Shown here piece after piece: positions 8,769 to 18,189 of a DNA stretch of 29,389 bases. The notes beneath the pieces are model-generated. The model was not told the DNA's origin. It saw only the letters and a list, made by a program, of their open reading frames with translations, and did no database searches. Each line of letters starts with the position of its first letter. Position 1 is the first letter of the stretch. Source of the stretch: a virus (Duplodnaviria > Caudoviricetes). Location: the IMG/VR virus record IMGVR_UViG_3300023242_000170, positions 1 to 29,389 of that record; one strand, 5' to 3'. The position numbers and the translations under genes were made by a program.

Positions 8769-9374
8769 CTAAACTTTATAATTAAAAAAGTCTACGTCTC
8801 GTGCGTGGACTTTTTTTATGGCTGCAATACTTGCGCTATTGAAATGCTCTTTGAACTCCCAATGATCGTATCCTACAATGTTAGGTAATGGCAAGTTACA
8901 ACCTAAGTACTCTTGTACAGTTTTTAAATCTTCTTCTAGGGTTTCTGCTTTACATATATAATCAACCCATTCGTTGTTTACATTAATAAAGTCTACTTGA
9001 TTCGTAAAGCGATTAAACCATCTTGGAAATTCAAAAGGTATATCAGGATTGCAATAGTCAGCAACCCATTCATTGATAGGCTTTAGTTCTAGTACAGTTT
9101 GTCCATTCCAGTCTAACCAATATCCTTCGTCACGCACTTTGCGGTATAAGCTAAAAACTCTTTGCCACGGGTTGCGTACTACAGTTATTGTCTTAGCATT
9201 TGGATAGTGTTCACGTACCATGCCTAAGTGCGGATGATCAACCATCCAATCTACGTGAGATAGTACATTAAAGTTAGGATGTAACCAATCTGAGATAACC
9301 TTCTTCATTGCCATGCCAGTTCTAGGAACATGGACATATGCTAGTTCAGGCTTTTCTATATAAAATGTACCCAT
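8769..9374 (-). CDS. sulfotransferase family protein (Sulfotransfer_2-like)
   Basis: 5'-PSB-like YVHVPRTG and 3'-PB-like VVRNPWQRVFSLY motifs; C-terminal DVDFFNY. Confidence 0.8.
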   Translation of the reverse strand: MGTFYIEKPELAYVHVPRTGMAMKKVISDWLHPNFNVLSHVDWMVDHPHLGMVREHYPNAKTITVVRNPWQRVFSLYRKVRDEGYWLDWNGQTVLELKPINEWVADYCNPDIPFEFPRWFNRFTNQVDFINVNNEWVDYICKAETLEEDLKTVQEYLGCNLPLPNIVGYDHWEFKEHFNSASIAAIKKVHARDVDFFNYKV

Positions 9375-10144
9375 TAGTCAATCTTAATTAATTTAATTAA
9401 TGATCCCATTAAGTCCCACTCCCACCATTTTTCTCCAGTGTGATAATTTGCAGGCTTTGCATGATGGTTGTTATGCCATCCTTCACCTAAACTAACAATG
9501 TTAGCAATCCAACTATTAGAACTATGATCCTTTGTTTCGTGATTTCTGTAACCATGATAGTGTCCAAGCACATTAACTACGCCTATTAGATGCACTGTCA
9601 TGCTTGCAGGAACAACATATGCAAATAACCATAGTGCAGGATCTATTAATAGTAATACAGCAGAAAATGCAAATATAATTTTAAAGTAGTTTTTAAAGAT
9701 AAACTTATGTGTAGGACTACGCATCAAGTCTTTAATATACCTTACTGGGATAGCTGGTACTTTCCAATCGTATCCTAGCCAAACTTTAATTGCTTCTTTA
9801 AAATTAAACTTGCCATCAGCCCACGAACTATGCGGATCGCCTTCTCTATCTGATTGTGCATGGTGTTGTCTGTGTAAAGCTACCCAACTCATTGTAGGTC
9901 CTACTGTGCTAATAACGCTAATGTAACTTAGTATAGTTTCTAACCAAGGGTATGTTTTAAAACTTCTATGTGTTAGTAATCTATGCAGAGTTATAACACT
10001 GCTAATAGGTCCAATAATTAACCAAGAAATTGCAGCAATTGCAAATAGGTAATACTGTTGTGTGTACACTGCATATACAACTGCCGGTATGGTTACTACG
10101 TGATTGAATCCTTGTAACAGTCTTACTTTGGTGTTTAAATTCAT
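9374..10144 (-). CDS. membrane fatty-acid desaturase (delta-9/DesC-like)
   Basis: Three His boxes (HRLLTH, HRQHH, GEGWHNNHH) and hydrophobic transmembrane segments. Confidence 0.92.
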   Translation of the reverse strand: MNLNTKVRLLQGFNHVVTIPAVVYAVYTQQYYLFAIAAISWLIIGPISSVITLHRLLTHRSFKTYPWLETILSYISVISTVGPTMSWVALHRQHHAQSDREGDPHSSWADGKFNFKEAIKVWLGYDWKVPAIPVRYIKDLMRSPTHKFIFKNYFKIIFAFSAVLLLIDPALWLFAYVVPASMTVHLIGVVNVLGHYHGYRNHETKDHSSNSWIANIVSLGEGWHNNHHAKPANYHTGEKWWEWDLMGSLIKLIKID

Positions 10145-10761
10145 TTGCCTTCCTCTAACTTACTCCATTCAGCATGAGTAATTGTCTTTGGTGCCCAGTT
10201 GTCAAAGGCACCTTGTGTTGTCTCTTTCCATACAAAATTTTGCCAACACTTTTGTACGGGCCACGGGCAAGTTTGTATATATCCATTTGTTCCTAATGCC
10301 CATGCGCCTTCACTGGCAATGTCCATGTGCTTACACCATACTTTCCAAAATCCTCTGTTAGGTCTTGCAGGACGATTTTGCATTGTGATTAAGTACACTT
10401 CATACGTATTTACTTCTTCTAGTGCATCTATTAGTTTACAGGTACAACGAAAGCCGTCTGTCATATCTGTAGCAGTCATTCTAAAGTCTGGAAAAGTGTA
10501 CAGTCTGTTAATTTGTTTAGCAACATTAGGAGGATATCTACTGTCGTTAAACACACCTCCCATTACCATAGGTTTGCCCGTGCTGATTTGGTAAAGTACA
10601 CCGTAGCCTGTGTGTTCTTCTACTTTTAAATTATCTTTAATATAATTATTGCGAAGCCAGTTATCTTCCTCTAAGCAAATATCTCTTACTTTTTCAAACT
10701 CAGGTGTAGACTCGTAATAAATTTTGACATGCGTGTCTGTTAAATCGTATCTGTATCCCAT
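10141..10761 (-). CDS. hypothetical protein, possibly GNAT-like (start reassigned to ATG 10761, MGYRYD...)
   Basis: NRLYTFPDFR resembles GNAT motif A. The start at 10761 avoids overlap with the divergent gene. Confidence 0.6.
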   Translation of the reverse strand: MGYRYDLTDTHVKIYYESTPEFEKVRDICLEEDNWLRNNYIKDNLKVEEHTGYGVLYQISTGKPMVMGGVFNDSRYPPNVAKQINRLYTFPDFRMTATDMTDGFRCTCKLIDALEEVNTYEVYLITMQNRPARPNRGFWKVWCKHMDIASEGAWALGTNGYIQTCPWPVQKCWQNFVWKETTQGAFDNWAPKTITHAEWSKLEEGK

Positions 10762-10768
10762 TGTAACG

Positions 10769-10782
10769 TATTTACATAAATA
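10769..10782. promoter_or_regulatory. back-to-back late-promoter-like element TATTTA-CA-TAAATA
   Basis: TAAATA is present on both strands between divergent genes 10761(-) and 10800(+). Confidence 0.6.
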
Positions 10783-10799
10783 TTTTTCAGAGGAGTCCG

Positions 10800-11402
10800 A
10801 TGTTGGATACTGTAACAAAACTAAATTTTAAATTAGGTATTAACGAACTACGCCAATACTACGACAAATTAAACACAGACTACCAACATTTAGATTGGAG
10901 TTGGGAGAAGTGTGGCAATGATATTGTCAAACAATGGCGAGATGCTGCTTACGAAGATCCTGCTAACTTATTAACACACGGCTGGGCTATACAAAGTAAT
11001 TTAAAAGATATTACAATACCGTGTCCTCCTTGGAATATTAGCAAACACGAAACAGTAGATTATCGTAATACAGAATTAGCATTTGGTATAATTAGTTGTT
11101 TGCAAGATAAGATACCGTTTGGGTATCGCTGGGCAGTAAGTGTGCAGCCGCCAGGTGGCAAGGTTACCGAGCATACTGATGCAGAAGACGAATACACTGT
11201 GTGGTTGCCTATTCACACTAGCGGTCCTGCAATAACATTTGACAAAGAATACGAACTAATTGCAGATGGAAGTGCTTATTTGTTAAACACTACAAATCCG
11301 CATCACACATTTAATTCTAGTAATGAAGACAGAGTTACTATTATTTTTAGATTAAAACAAGATAAACTCAACGACTTAATATCTTTAGAAGGAACTATAT
11401 GA
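10800..11402 (+). CDS. Asp/Asn beta-hydroxylase-like 2OG-Fe(II) oxygenase
   Basis: PGGKVTEHTD...PHHTFN...DRVTII gives the HxD...H...R signature. Confidence 0.8.
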   Translation: MLDTVTKLNFKLGINELRQYYDKLNTDYQHLDWSWEKCGNDIVKQWRDAAYEDPANLLTHGWAIQSNLKDITIPCPPWNISKHETVDYRNTELAFGIISCLQDKIPFGYRWAVSVQPPGGKVTEHTDAEDEYTVWLPIHTSGPAITFDKEYELIADGSAYLLNTTNPHHTFNSSNEDRVTIIFRLKQDKLNDLISLEGTI

Positions 11403-12043
11403 AACATCTAGCATACTTGCCTATAGATATTGATGTAGAATGGCCTAACGAAGAATTGCTGTTGCAATGGTTCGAAAATCATAAATTGTTAGATAACGAC
11501 TATTGGGAGTTAACTTCAAACCGGCATGCATGGGCAATGACTTCAACTTGTAAGGAACCTAAAGACTGGCGTAGGTTTGATAAAGAAATGTGGGACAATC
11601 GTAGAACTGACGGAGTAAACGAAGGCTTATTTTTTCATCCTGGATTTGAGGAAACATTTCCTAGTCTTGCTAACTGTATCAAACAATTGCCATTTAAGCA
11701 ATTAACAGTAAGTGGTATGCTTTATCAATTAGGACCCATTCCAAATCATCAAGATGCACACGATCCGCATAATCCGGCAGAACCTAGACGTTATACAATT
11801 TATTTAACAGACCCTAAACATAATACGTTTTATTTTAGTAAAGAAGAAAACGGAGAAAAACACTATCCAAATATACAGAGTCCGTGCTTTGCATTTAATA
11901 ATAACAATGTATGGCATGGAGCAGTAGAAACACATCGACCAAAAATAATATTGACTACTGCTGGTATTATAGATAATGATAAACATAACGCATTAATTAA
12001 CCGTAGCTTAGAAAAGTACAACAACAAGGCATTATACATATGA
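11399..12043 (+). CDS. 2OG-Fe(II)/cupin oxygenase-like protein
   Basis: IPNHQD...FAFNN...WHGA...K motif. Confidence 0.7.
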   Translation: MKHLAYLPIDIDVEWPNEELLLQWFENHKLLDNDYWELTSNRHAWAMTSTCKEPKDWRRFDKEMWDNRRTDGVNEGLFFHPGFEETFPSLANCIKQLPFKQLTVSGMLYQLGPIPNHQDAHDPHNPAEPRRYTIYLTDPKHNTFYFSKEENGEKHYPNIQSPCFAFNNNNVWHGAVETHRPKIILTTAGIIDNDKHNALINRSLEKYNNKALYI

Positions 12044-12747
12044 ACTACGATTACTACTGGAATGACATACCAGGCGAAGGGAAATGTCGTAACAATTTAA
12101 TTTACACAAGTCTTATGAGAGAAGATAGACAGTTGTTTTGTCAATGGTTTTACAATGATGCTGTTTATCACAAAGGACAAAACGAAGTACTTGATCCTGC
12201 ATTAATGACAGAAAAGTGGAATCGAGAAGTTAAGTATTCACAACTAATGGCCGAAGAATATCCGCAGCATGTTCCTAACATATTTAAAGTCGATGCACAA
12301 GAACAAAAATTATACCTTAGTGTTGACGGGATTGACTTTTGGAATCGTGCTAACTGCACTGTAGCAAATTACGATAGTGTGCTGCCAGACTGGAGAGAAC
12401 AAATGCTTGAGATATTACAAGCATACAAAGATGTAGGATTATACAAATATAGCCTACATCCTAGCAGTTACTTTATAGTAGACGGAAAATTAAAAAGTTT
12501 TAATCATTTTTTCTGCTATCACGAAAGTGAAGGTTCAATTAAGATTTCAGATCATGCTAGTCATATATACAGTACAAGACAAGATATAATGCGTACACAA
12601 ATAGAGACTATGGGCATAAGTTGGGATGAGCCAGAATCGTTAAATACATTACAACATTTATGTTTTGAAAGTTTTAGAAAAAACTATACTGACGACTTTA
12701 TAGATGCAGCAAAACAAATATACAATAAAGGAACTAATAATTGTTAG
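12040..12747 (+). CDS. hypothetical protein, possibly a degenerate protein-kinase-like fold
   Basis: REVKY...VPNIF...YSLHPSSYFIVDGKLKSFN is spaced like kinase/APH motifs but lacks the catalytic Asp residues. Confidence 0.55.
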   Translation: MNYDYYWNDIPGEGKCRNNLIYTSLMREDRQLFCQWFYNDAVYHKGQNEVLDPALMTEKWNREVKYSQLMAEEYPQHVPNIFKVDAQEQKLYLSVDGIDFWNRANCTVANYDSVLPDWREQMLEILQAYKDVGLYKYSLHPSSYFIVDGKLKSFNHFFCYHESEGSIKISDHASHIYSTRQDIMRTQIETMGISWDEPESLNTLQHLCFESFRKNYTDDFIDAAKQIYNKGTNNC

Positions 12748-13949
12748 ATCAAATTAAAATAGTTGGTATAAATCAATTTACGCAGAACGCAATTGATACT
12801 ATACGTTCTGCAATAGAAGACGTCGATGGTAATGAACTGTTGCCCACTGTTAGTCTATGCCAGCACTGTCATTATCATGTTCCGGCATTACGCTATCACA
12901 AAAATAATCAAGTATTTATAGCCAAACATTGTGAAACACACGGTACAAGTCACCACATGATTGAAAGTGATTACGAATTTTATCGTAATATATACTATAC
13001 CCAAGATAACCCTCAATACAACTTTAACGGCGGAGTGCTAATAGAAGTAACTGACAGGTGCAATTTAGCCTGTCCGCATTGTTATCACGAACCTGATAAT
13101 GCACTTACAGATCAATCAGCTGAAAAAATTATTTCACAAATTAAAAAGTGGCCCCTTGGCGAAGATGCTATACATCGCGTCATCCTTAGTGGAGCAGAGC
13201 CAACTTTACGTAAGGACTTTAATAGTCTTGTTGAACAAATTAATGCTTTAGATCCTAGTATTACTGTGTCTGTAATGACTAACGGTATTCGTTTTTCAGA
13301 TAGAAACTATGTAAAGTCGGCAATTGCAAGCGGATTAAGTAGTGTTAACATAGGATTGAATCATCCAAGTTATAATGATCACAAAGTAATTAGAAGAAAA
13401 CAACTTGAAGCCATTCATAATGCACATGCAGAAGGATTACATATAAGTTATATCAGTTATACTATGATGACTCTAGGAGAAGTTGACTTTATAATGAACG
13501 AAATATGTAGCAACGAATGGCGAAGTAAAAACTTTAGAATTCGTTACGGAAGCGATATTGGTCGTAATCCTGGACAAGTGCGTATATTTGTTAGTGACGT
13601 ATACAAAGCAATCGAACAATGGTGTAAGGATAATAATAAATTATTTGAAAGAATTGTAGGAGCTGACAATAATATATATCATGTTATGGCTAAAATAGAC
13701 GGCAAAGACATAAGAATTATTCAATGGTGTGACGAAACAGATATTGATATGGAAGAACTTCGCTCTGGACCATGGTGCGATTTTGTGCCAGGTGGTATAA
13801 CAAATTTCTTACATCAAATTATTAGAAGAGACGCTTGGAAAAATAAAGGCAATACCCTTCCTGACAGTCCAATCGAACGATATATGTTTACTAGAAATCC
13901 AACTAAAGAACCATTAGATTTATTAACAGTATATAAAAAAGAGAAGTAG
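12741..13949 (+). CDS. radical SAM protein with N-terminal CxxC-x20-CxxH domain (MJ0619/COG1964-like)
   Basis: TVSLCQHC...KHCETHG, then IEVTDRCNLACPHCY, SGAEPT and MTNG. TTG start with AAGGA RBS. Confidence 0.88.
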   Translation: MLDQIKIVGINQFTQNAIDTIRSAIEDVDGNELLPTVSLCQHCHYHVPALRYHKNNQVFIAKHCETHGTSHHMIESDYEFYRNIYYTQDNPQYNFNGGVLIEVTDRCNLACPHCYHEPDNALTDQSAEKIISQIKKWPLGEDAIHRVILSGAEPTLRKDFNSLVEQINALDPSITVSVMTNGIRFSDRNYVKSAIASGLSSVNIGLNHPSYNDHKVIRRKQLEAIHNAHAEGLHISYISYTMMTLGEVDFIMNEICSNEWRSKNFRIRYGSDIGRNPGQVRIFVSDVYKAIEQWCKDNNKLFERIVGADNNIYHVMAKIDGKDIRIIQWCDETDIDMEELRSGPWCDFVPGGITNFLHQIIRRDAWKNKGNTLPDSPIERYMFTRNPTKEPLDLLTVYKKEK

Positions 13950-13950
13950 C

Positions 13951-14760
13951 ATGATTAAAGGTATTAACGGACGACCATACTTAGATATGGAACAGCACGT
14001 AGACATGGAAACGTTTGAACAATTGCAGCCAGAAATTATGCGAGGCTTTGCTGAAGCAAGATGGTTTGCAAAAGAAGGCACTTGGATGAAACCAGGCTTT
14101 GAATTTAAAGACATGAGTTACACGCTTAATTGGAAACCTATATATGCTGCAATGGAAGAGTTCCAAGCATTGCCCGACGATGATCCAATTAAAGTAGAGG
14201 GTATGAAAATATGGCCTACAGACTTTAAAGACTATAAGCAGCGTAATGTAATTACACGTTATCTTAAAATGGCAATGGAAGCGTACGATCCTTATATCTA
14301 TTACTTCTTACACGAAGAAGGCGACTGGGATGATCGTCCTGAGGAGAAAAAAGAAACTGAAGAATCAGAGTTCTTTCCTAATACTATGCGTTGGCTACAA
14401 GGCTTTAAGGATAATGAAATATTCAAATCATTTGGTCGAGTAATGTTTTTTCACTGCGAAGCAGATGGATTGCCATTTGAACACAGAGACTTAGGCGCAC
14501 AAAACGGCATATGGCCCAAAGACAGATACGAAGATCATAACAACGAGTTTATACATATCCGTACAGACACTCGCAATCAATTTTATATTTGGGATCCTGA
14601 CAAAAAGATGAAACACGGCATTAACACTCGTGCAGCTTTTTGGAATGATCAAGATTGGCACGGAGGGAATCGTGTTATGAGTCCTACATACGGTATGCGT
14701 ATTGACGGAACGTTCACTGATGCATTTAGAGAAAAATTAAAACTAAGTGGAACTTACTAA
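13951..14760 (+). CDS. 2OG-Fe(II)/cupin oxygenase-like protein
   Basis: GRVMFF...EHRD...WHGG...MRIDG. Confidence 0.65.
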   Translation: MIKGINGRPYLDMEQHVDMETFEQLQPEIMRGFAEARWFAKEGTWMKPGFEFKDMSYTLNWKPIYAAMEEFQALPDDDPIKVEGMKIWPTDFKDYKQRNVITRYLKMAMEAYDPYIYYFLHEEGDWDDRPEEKKETEESEFFPNTMRWLQGFKDNEIFKSFGRVMFFHCEADGLPFEHRDLGAQNGIWPKDRYEDHNNEFIHIRTDTRNQFYIWDPDKKMKHGINTRAAFWNDQDWHGGNRVMSPTYGMRIDGTFTDAFREKLKLSGTY

Positions 14761-15312
14761 GGCTGTAAATGTAAAAAGGAACTTAGTGCCTAGCCCGGCA
14801 TTAAATCCTGCATGCCAGCTTTCTAGTTTCGGATAGCGATATATAGTACCTTGTGGTTCCATATAGAAACATTCGTCTTCGACCATAAATGCTTGTCCTG
14901 GTTTAGGTTTATCTATAAAACAAATACATCTCATTAACTGTTCTTTAGTATACCCGACCAAGTTAACATCCTCTGTTAGACTAGGAATATCCCAATGCCA
15001 AGGAGCGCACTTTCCAGGACGTATTTCACTAATAAAACTTTGTAATACTGTGGTATTAGATGCCTTGCCAATTATTTTGTTAACTTCTTTGTCGTAGTGA
15101 GTGCCTGGTCTGTAATGAAAGAATTCTACACTGTTGCCTTTTGAATAACCGTGTTTGTCAGCTAGTTGTTTTTGTTTTAAATGATCTTCGTAAAATGCAT
15201 GCCCAGGATCAAGATCTCTATTACCAGTAAACGGCGTCACAGTATGTTGTAGACATTCGTTAATTAACGAGTCACATAAATGCGGCGGTAGTTTTCCTAA
15301 GTAATGTTTCAT
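14743..15312 (-). CDS. 2OG-Fe(II)/cupin oxygenase-like protein
   Basis: PGKCAPWHWD...WHAGFNAG...KFLF. Confidence 0.75.
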   Translation of the reverse strand: MKHYLGKLPPHLCDSLINECLQHTVTPFTGNRDLDPGHAFYEDHLKQKQLADKHGYSKGNSVEFFHYRPGTHYDKEVNKIIGKASNTTVLQSFISEIRPGKCAPWHWDIPSLTEDVNLVGYTKEQLMRCICFIDKPKPGQAFMVEDECFYMEPQGTIYRYPKLESWHAGFNAGLGTKFLFTFTALVSST

Positions 15313-15986
15313 ATTGCTGTTCCTACTGCTAAATTAAAATACGAAGTTTCGATTAATTTAAATTCTTCTAAATGACTACTTTCAATGTTAAACGAAACGT
15401 AGTTAGTGTTATACACAAAGCTATTTACTATTCCGTTTTTATTTGCTGCATTAAGCCAGGGACTGTAAAACTCATCAAACACATATCTATAATCAGGCGT
15501 GAATGTAGTTAATGTCATTGTTATATGCACAGGATCTATTAATATATTTTGATTAAGTAGTTTCCTAACTACTAATTGTATTCTATCAATTCGTCCTGTA
15601 TTTACTGCGCTATGCAGTTCACCGGCGTTCATATCAAACCAATAGTTTGATTCTACCTGCGGGTATATTAAATTAGCGTCAGTATATAATACAAAGCTAC
15701 GTTCGCCCTGGATATTAAAATGATACCTATCGTCCATATCTGCATGCGAGCGATATGCCTGTCCAGGCTCTAGTTTTATTAATCGTGCTTCGCCTATGTT
15801 GCTAGGTAATGTAGATACTAGTTTGTCCCATACTGTGCCTTTGTATTCTTCTTTAATAGTCCACGCATCGTAGAAAAAGTCCCCAGTAGGCTCATTTAAA
15901 GGTAACTTAAAGTTAACATCTATATCAGCAGACTTTAACTCTTTTTTAATTTTATCATTGACAAGGTAGTTAGTCTGTGCTATCAT
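15309..15986 (-). CDS. Asp/Asn beta-hydroxylase-like oxygenase with C-terminal extension
   Basis: ARLIKLEPGQAYRSHADMD...HSAVNTG...RIQLV. Confidence 0.78.
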   Translation of the reverse strand: MIAQTNYLVNDKIKKELKSADIDVNFKLPLNEPTGDFFYDAWTIKEEYKGTVWDKLVSTLPSNIGEARLIKLEPGQAYRSHADMDDRYHFNIQGERSFVLYTDANLIYPQVESNYWFDMNAGELHSAVNTGRIDRIQLVVRKLLNQNILIDPVHITMTLTTFTPDYRYVFDEFYSPWLNAANKNGIVNSFVYNTNYVSFNIESSHLEEFKLIETSYFNLAVGTAI

Positions 15987-15987
15987 A

Positions 15988-16020
15988 TATTTATTTATGT
16001 GTGTAGTTAATGGATAAGTA
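15988..16020. promoter_or_regulatory. divergent late-promoter-like elements
   Basis: CATAAATA on the minus strand (15992-15999) and GATAAGTA on the plus strand (16013-16020), each a few nt from an ATG. Confidence 0.55.
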
Positions 16021-16025
16021 CTTTT

Positions 16026-17294
16026 ATGAATAATAAATCATGTACATTTTGTATGCATCCTTTTACAGGACTAGCTACCCGCGAAGACGGTGCCATTAAG
16101 ATATGCTGCCGTAGTGCGCCTATTGGCTATATTCAAAACGAAACACTAGAAGAAGTGTGGAATGGTGATGCCATGCGCGAAGTACGCAAGCAAGTTCTTA
16201 ATAACGAACGTCCAGAAGTGTGCAAACCTTGCTTTGACCTAGAAGATCAGGGGGTGCAGAGCTTACGACAGCGTCATATAGCAGGGGTAATACCTGAAGC
16301 TAGAGTCAACTTGTACCCTGATGCACTTGATGCATTAGAAGAAGATTATACAATGCCGTTTGAACTTCCTACTATGGAAATTAAACTAAACAACTTATGC
16401 AACTTAAAATGCCGTATGTGTAATCCGTTAGACAGTACTAGCTGGAAGGACTGGGATCAAGTAACAGAGTTTTATAAAAAAGAAGATAACATATTAATTC
16501 CTATTGTAGAATCACTTGTAACTAAGCCAGGGCAGTATATAGGACCATTCGATAATAGCGACAACTGGTGGTCATCGTTTGAAAAACTATTACCATTCTT
16601 TAGGCGTGTAGAGTTTGCAGGCGGTGAGCCTCTAATGGATCCATACCATTACAAGATACTAGACAAGCTTGCAGAGTACGGTGACAACATTGAACTAAAG
16701 TACGCTACAAACGGTACTACGCTGGGCATTAAAGGTGGCAGAACGATCCATGACTATTGGCCTAAGTTTAAAAGCATAGCTGTAAACGTAAGCATAGACG
16801 GCTTACATGACGTTTACGAGTACATTAGAGGCAATGGTAAATTTAGCGTAATAGAAGAAAACATTAAAGTTTTTAAGAGTTTTCCTAATGTAAGCAGAGT
16901 AGTTGGTGCATTTACTGTACAATCAAACAACATAATGCAGATTGATAAAGTTATTGATTACTTTATTAACGAACTAGGAATTGTGTTTTATTCTCACAGA
17001 GTATCTTATCCTAAATCATTAAGTGCGCAAGTATTGCCGCCAGAACTAAAAGCAAAAGTAATAGCACGTTTAGAACAAATGAAAACAGAAGTATTAGAAT
17101 ACCCGATGGTTAAACAGCATAAACTATTAGAAACTGTAACACTACAACAGATACAAGATAACATTAACTTCTTACAAGCAAAGTGCATGTATGAAACACA
17201 TTGGCAAGACTGTATAGAGTTTAACAAACGCTTAGATAAAACTCGTGGGCAAGACTTCCTTGCAGCTAATCCAGAATTTATTCCGTATGTTTAA
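16026..17294 (+). CDS. radical SAM protein with N-terminal SPASM/twitch-like domain
   Basis: FCMHPF...ICC...CKPC, then NLCNLKCRMC, FAGGEP, TNG and SIDG. Confidence 0.9.
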   Translation: MNNKSCTFCMHPFTGLATREDGAIKICCRSAPIGYIQNETLEEVWNGDAMREVRKQVLNNERPEVCKPCFDLEDQGVQSLRQRHIAGVIPEARVNLYPDALDALEEDYTMPFELPTMEIKLNNLCNLKCRMCNPLDSTSWKDWDQVTEFYKKEDNILIPIVESLVTKPGQYIGPFDNSDNWWSSFEKLLPFFRRVEFAGGEPLMDPYHYKILDKLAEYGDNIELKYATNGTTLGIKGGRTIHDYWPKFKSIAVNVSIDGLHDVYEYIRGNGKFSVIEENIKVFKSFPNVSRVVGAFTVQSNNIMQIDKVIDYFINELGIVFYSHRVSYPKSLSAQVLPPELKAKVIARLEQMKTEVLEYPMVKQHKLLETVTLQQIQDNINFLQAKCMYETHWQDCIEFNKRLDKTRGQDFLAANPEFIPYV

Positions 17295-18189
17295 AGTAGA
17301 AAGTCGATGGGGACATCATACCAGTGTTCATGTAGAATGGAATATAGGCAAACGCTGTAACTTAGATTGCGGATACTGTCCTGCGGAAATACACGATAAC
17401 TTTAGTCCGCACACTAATATAGATACAATGACTGCTGCAATATATAAATTAGCGGAATTAGATAAACCAATACGTCTTAGTTTAACTGGTGGCGAGCCAA
17501 CTGTACATCCTAAAATAAATGAAATATTAAAATGTGCCAGAGATAGTTTAGATTGGCTAAGTGTTACAACTAATGGGCTACGCTCATCAGATTGGTACAT
17601 TAAGCAACCAGTAAACCAATGGGTGTTTAGTTTACATTTTGATAACAAACACAGTCGGCGAGCTGCTGAAAACGTTGTTAAGTACTCGCAACTACTAGAT
17701 ATGGAAGGCATGGCTACACTATACCAAGTCAATCTAATGGCACATCACGAACACATGGACGAAGTTAGAGCAGCAGCTACATTGTTAGAAGGACATAACA
17801 TTCCATATGTGTGCAGACGTATCAGATGGACCGAAGCAGATAATCGAGAATGGTTTGACGATTTACGCTATCAGACAGCAGACTTAGATTGGATATTAAG
17901 TAAAGTTGCAACTGTAAAGCCAAACTGTATCATTGACGATAATGATATGCTGCATGCCAACGATGTTATTAAGCATAAATTAAATCAGTTCAAAGGATGG
18001 AAGTGTAATGCAGGCCTTGAAAGTTTAATGATTAATTGGGACGGGGATGTACATCGTGCAACTTGCAGGGTAGGAGGAAGTTTAGGCAATATATATAATA
18101 ATACGTTTGAAGTTCCTCAAGAGGCTATTACTTGTTCTCGTAAATTTTGTACATGCGCTGCTGATATTCCGTTAACAAAATGCAAATAA
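17287..18189 (+). CDS. radical SAM protein with C-terminal SPASM-like domain (start ATG 17287)
   Basis: RCNLDCGYC, TGGEPT and TTNG; C-terminal CNAG...C...CSRKFCTC. Confidence 0.9.
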   Translation: MFKVESRWGHHTSVHVEWNIGKRCNLDCGYCPAEIHDNFSPHTNIDTMTAAIYKLAELDKPIRLSLTGGEPTVHPKINEILKCARDSLDWLSVTTNGLRSSDWYIKQPVNQWVFSLHFDNKHSRRAAENVVKYSQLLDMEGMATLYQVNLMAHHEHMDEVRAAATLLEGHNIPYVCRRIRWTEADNREWFDDLRYQTADLDWILSKVATVKPNCIIDDNDMLHANDVIKHKLNQFKGWKCNAGLESLMINWDGDVHRATCRVGGSLGNIYNNTFEVPQEAITCSRKFCTCAADIPLTKCK

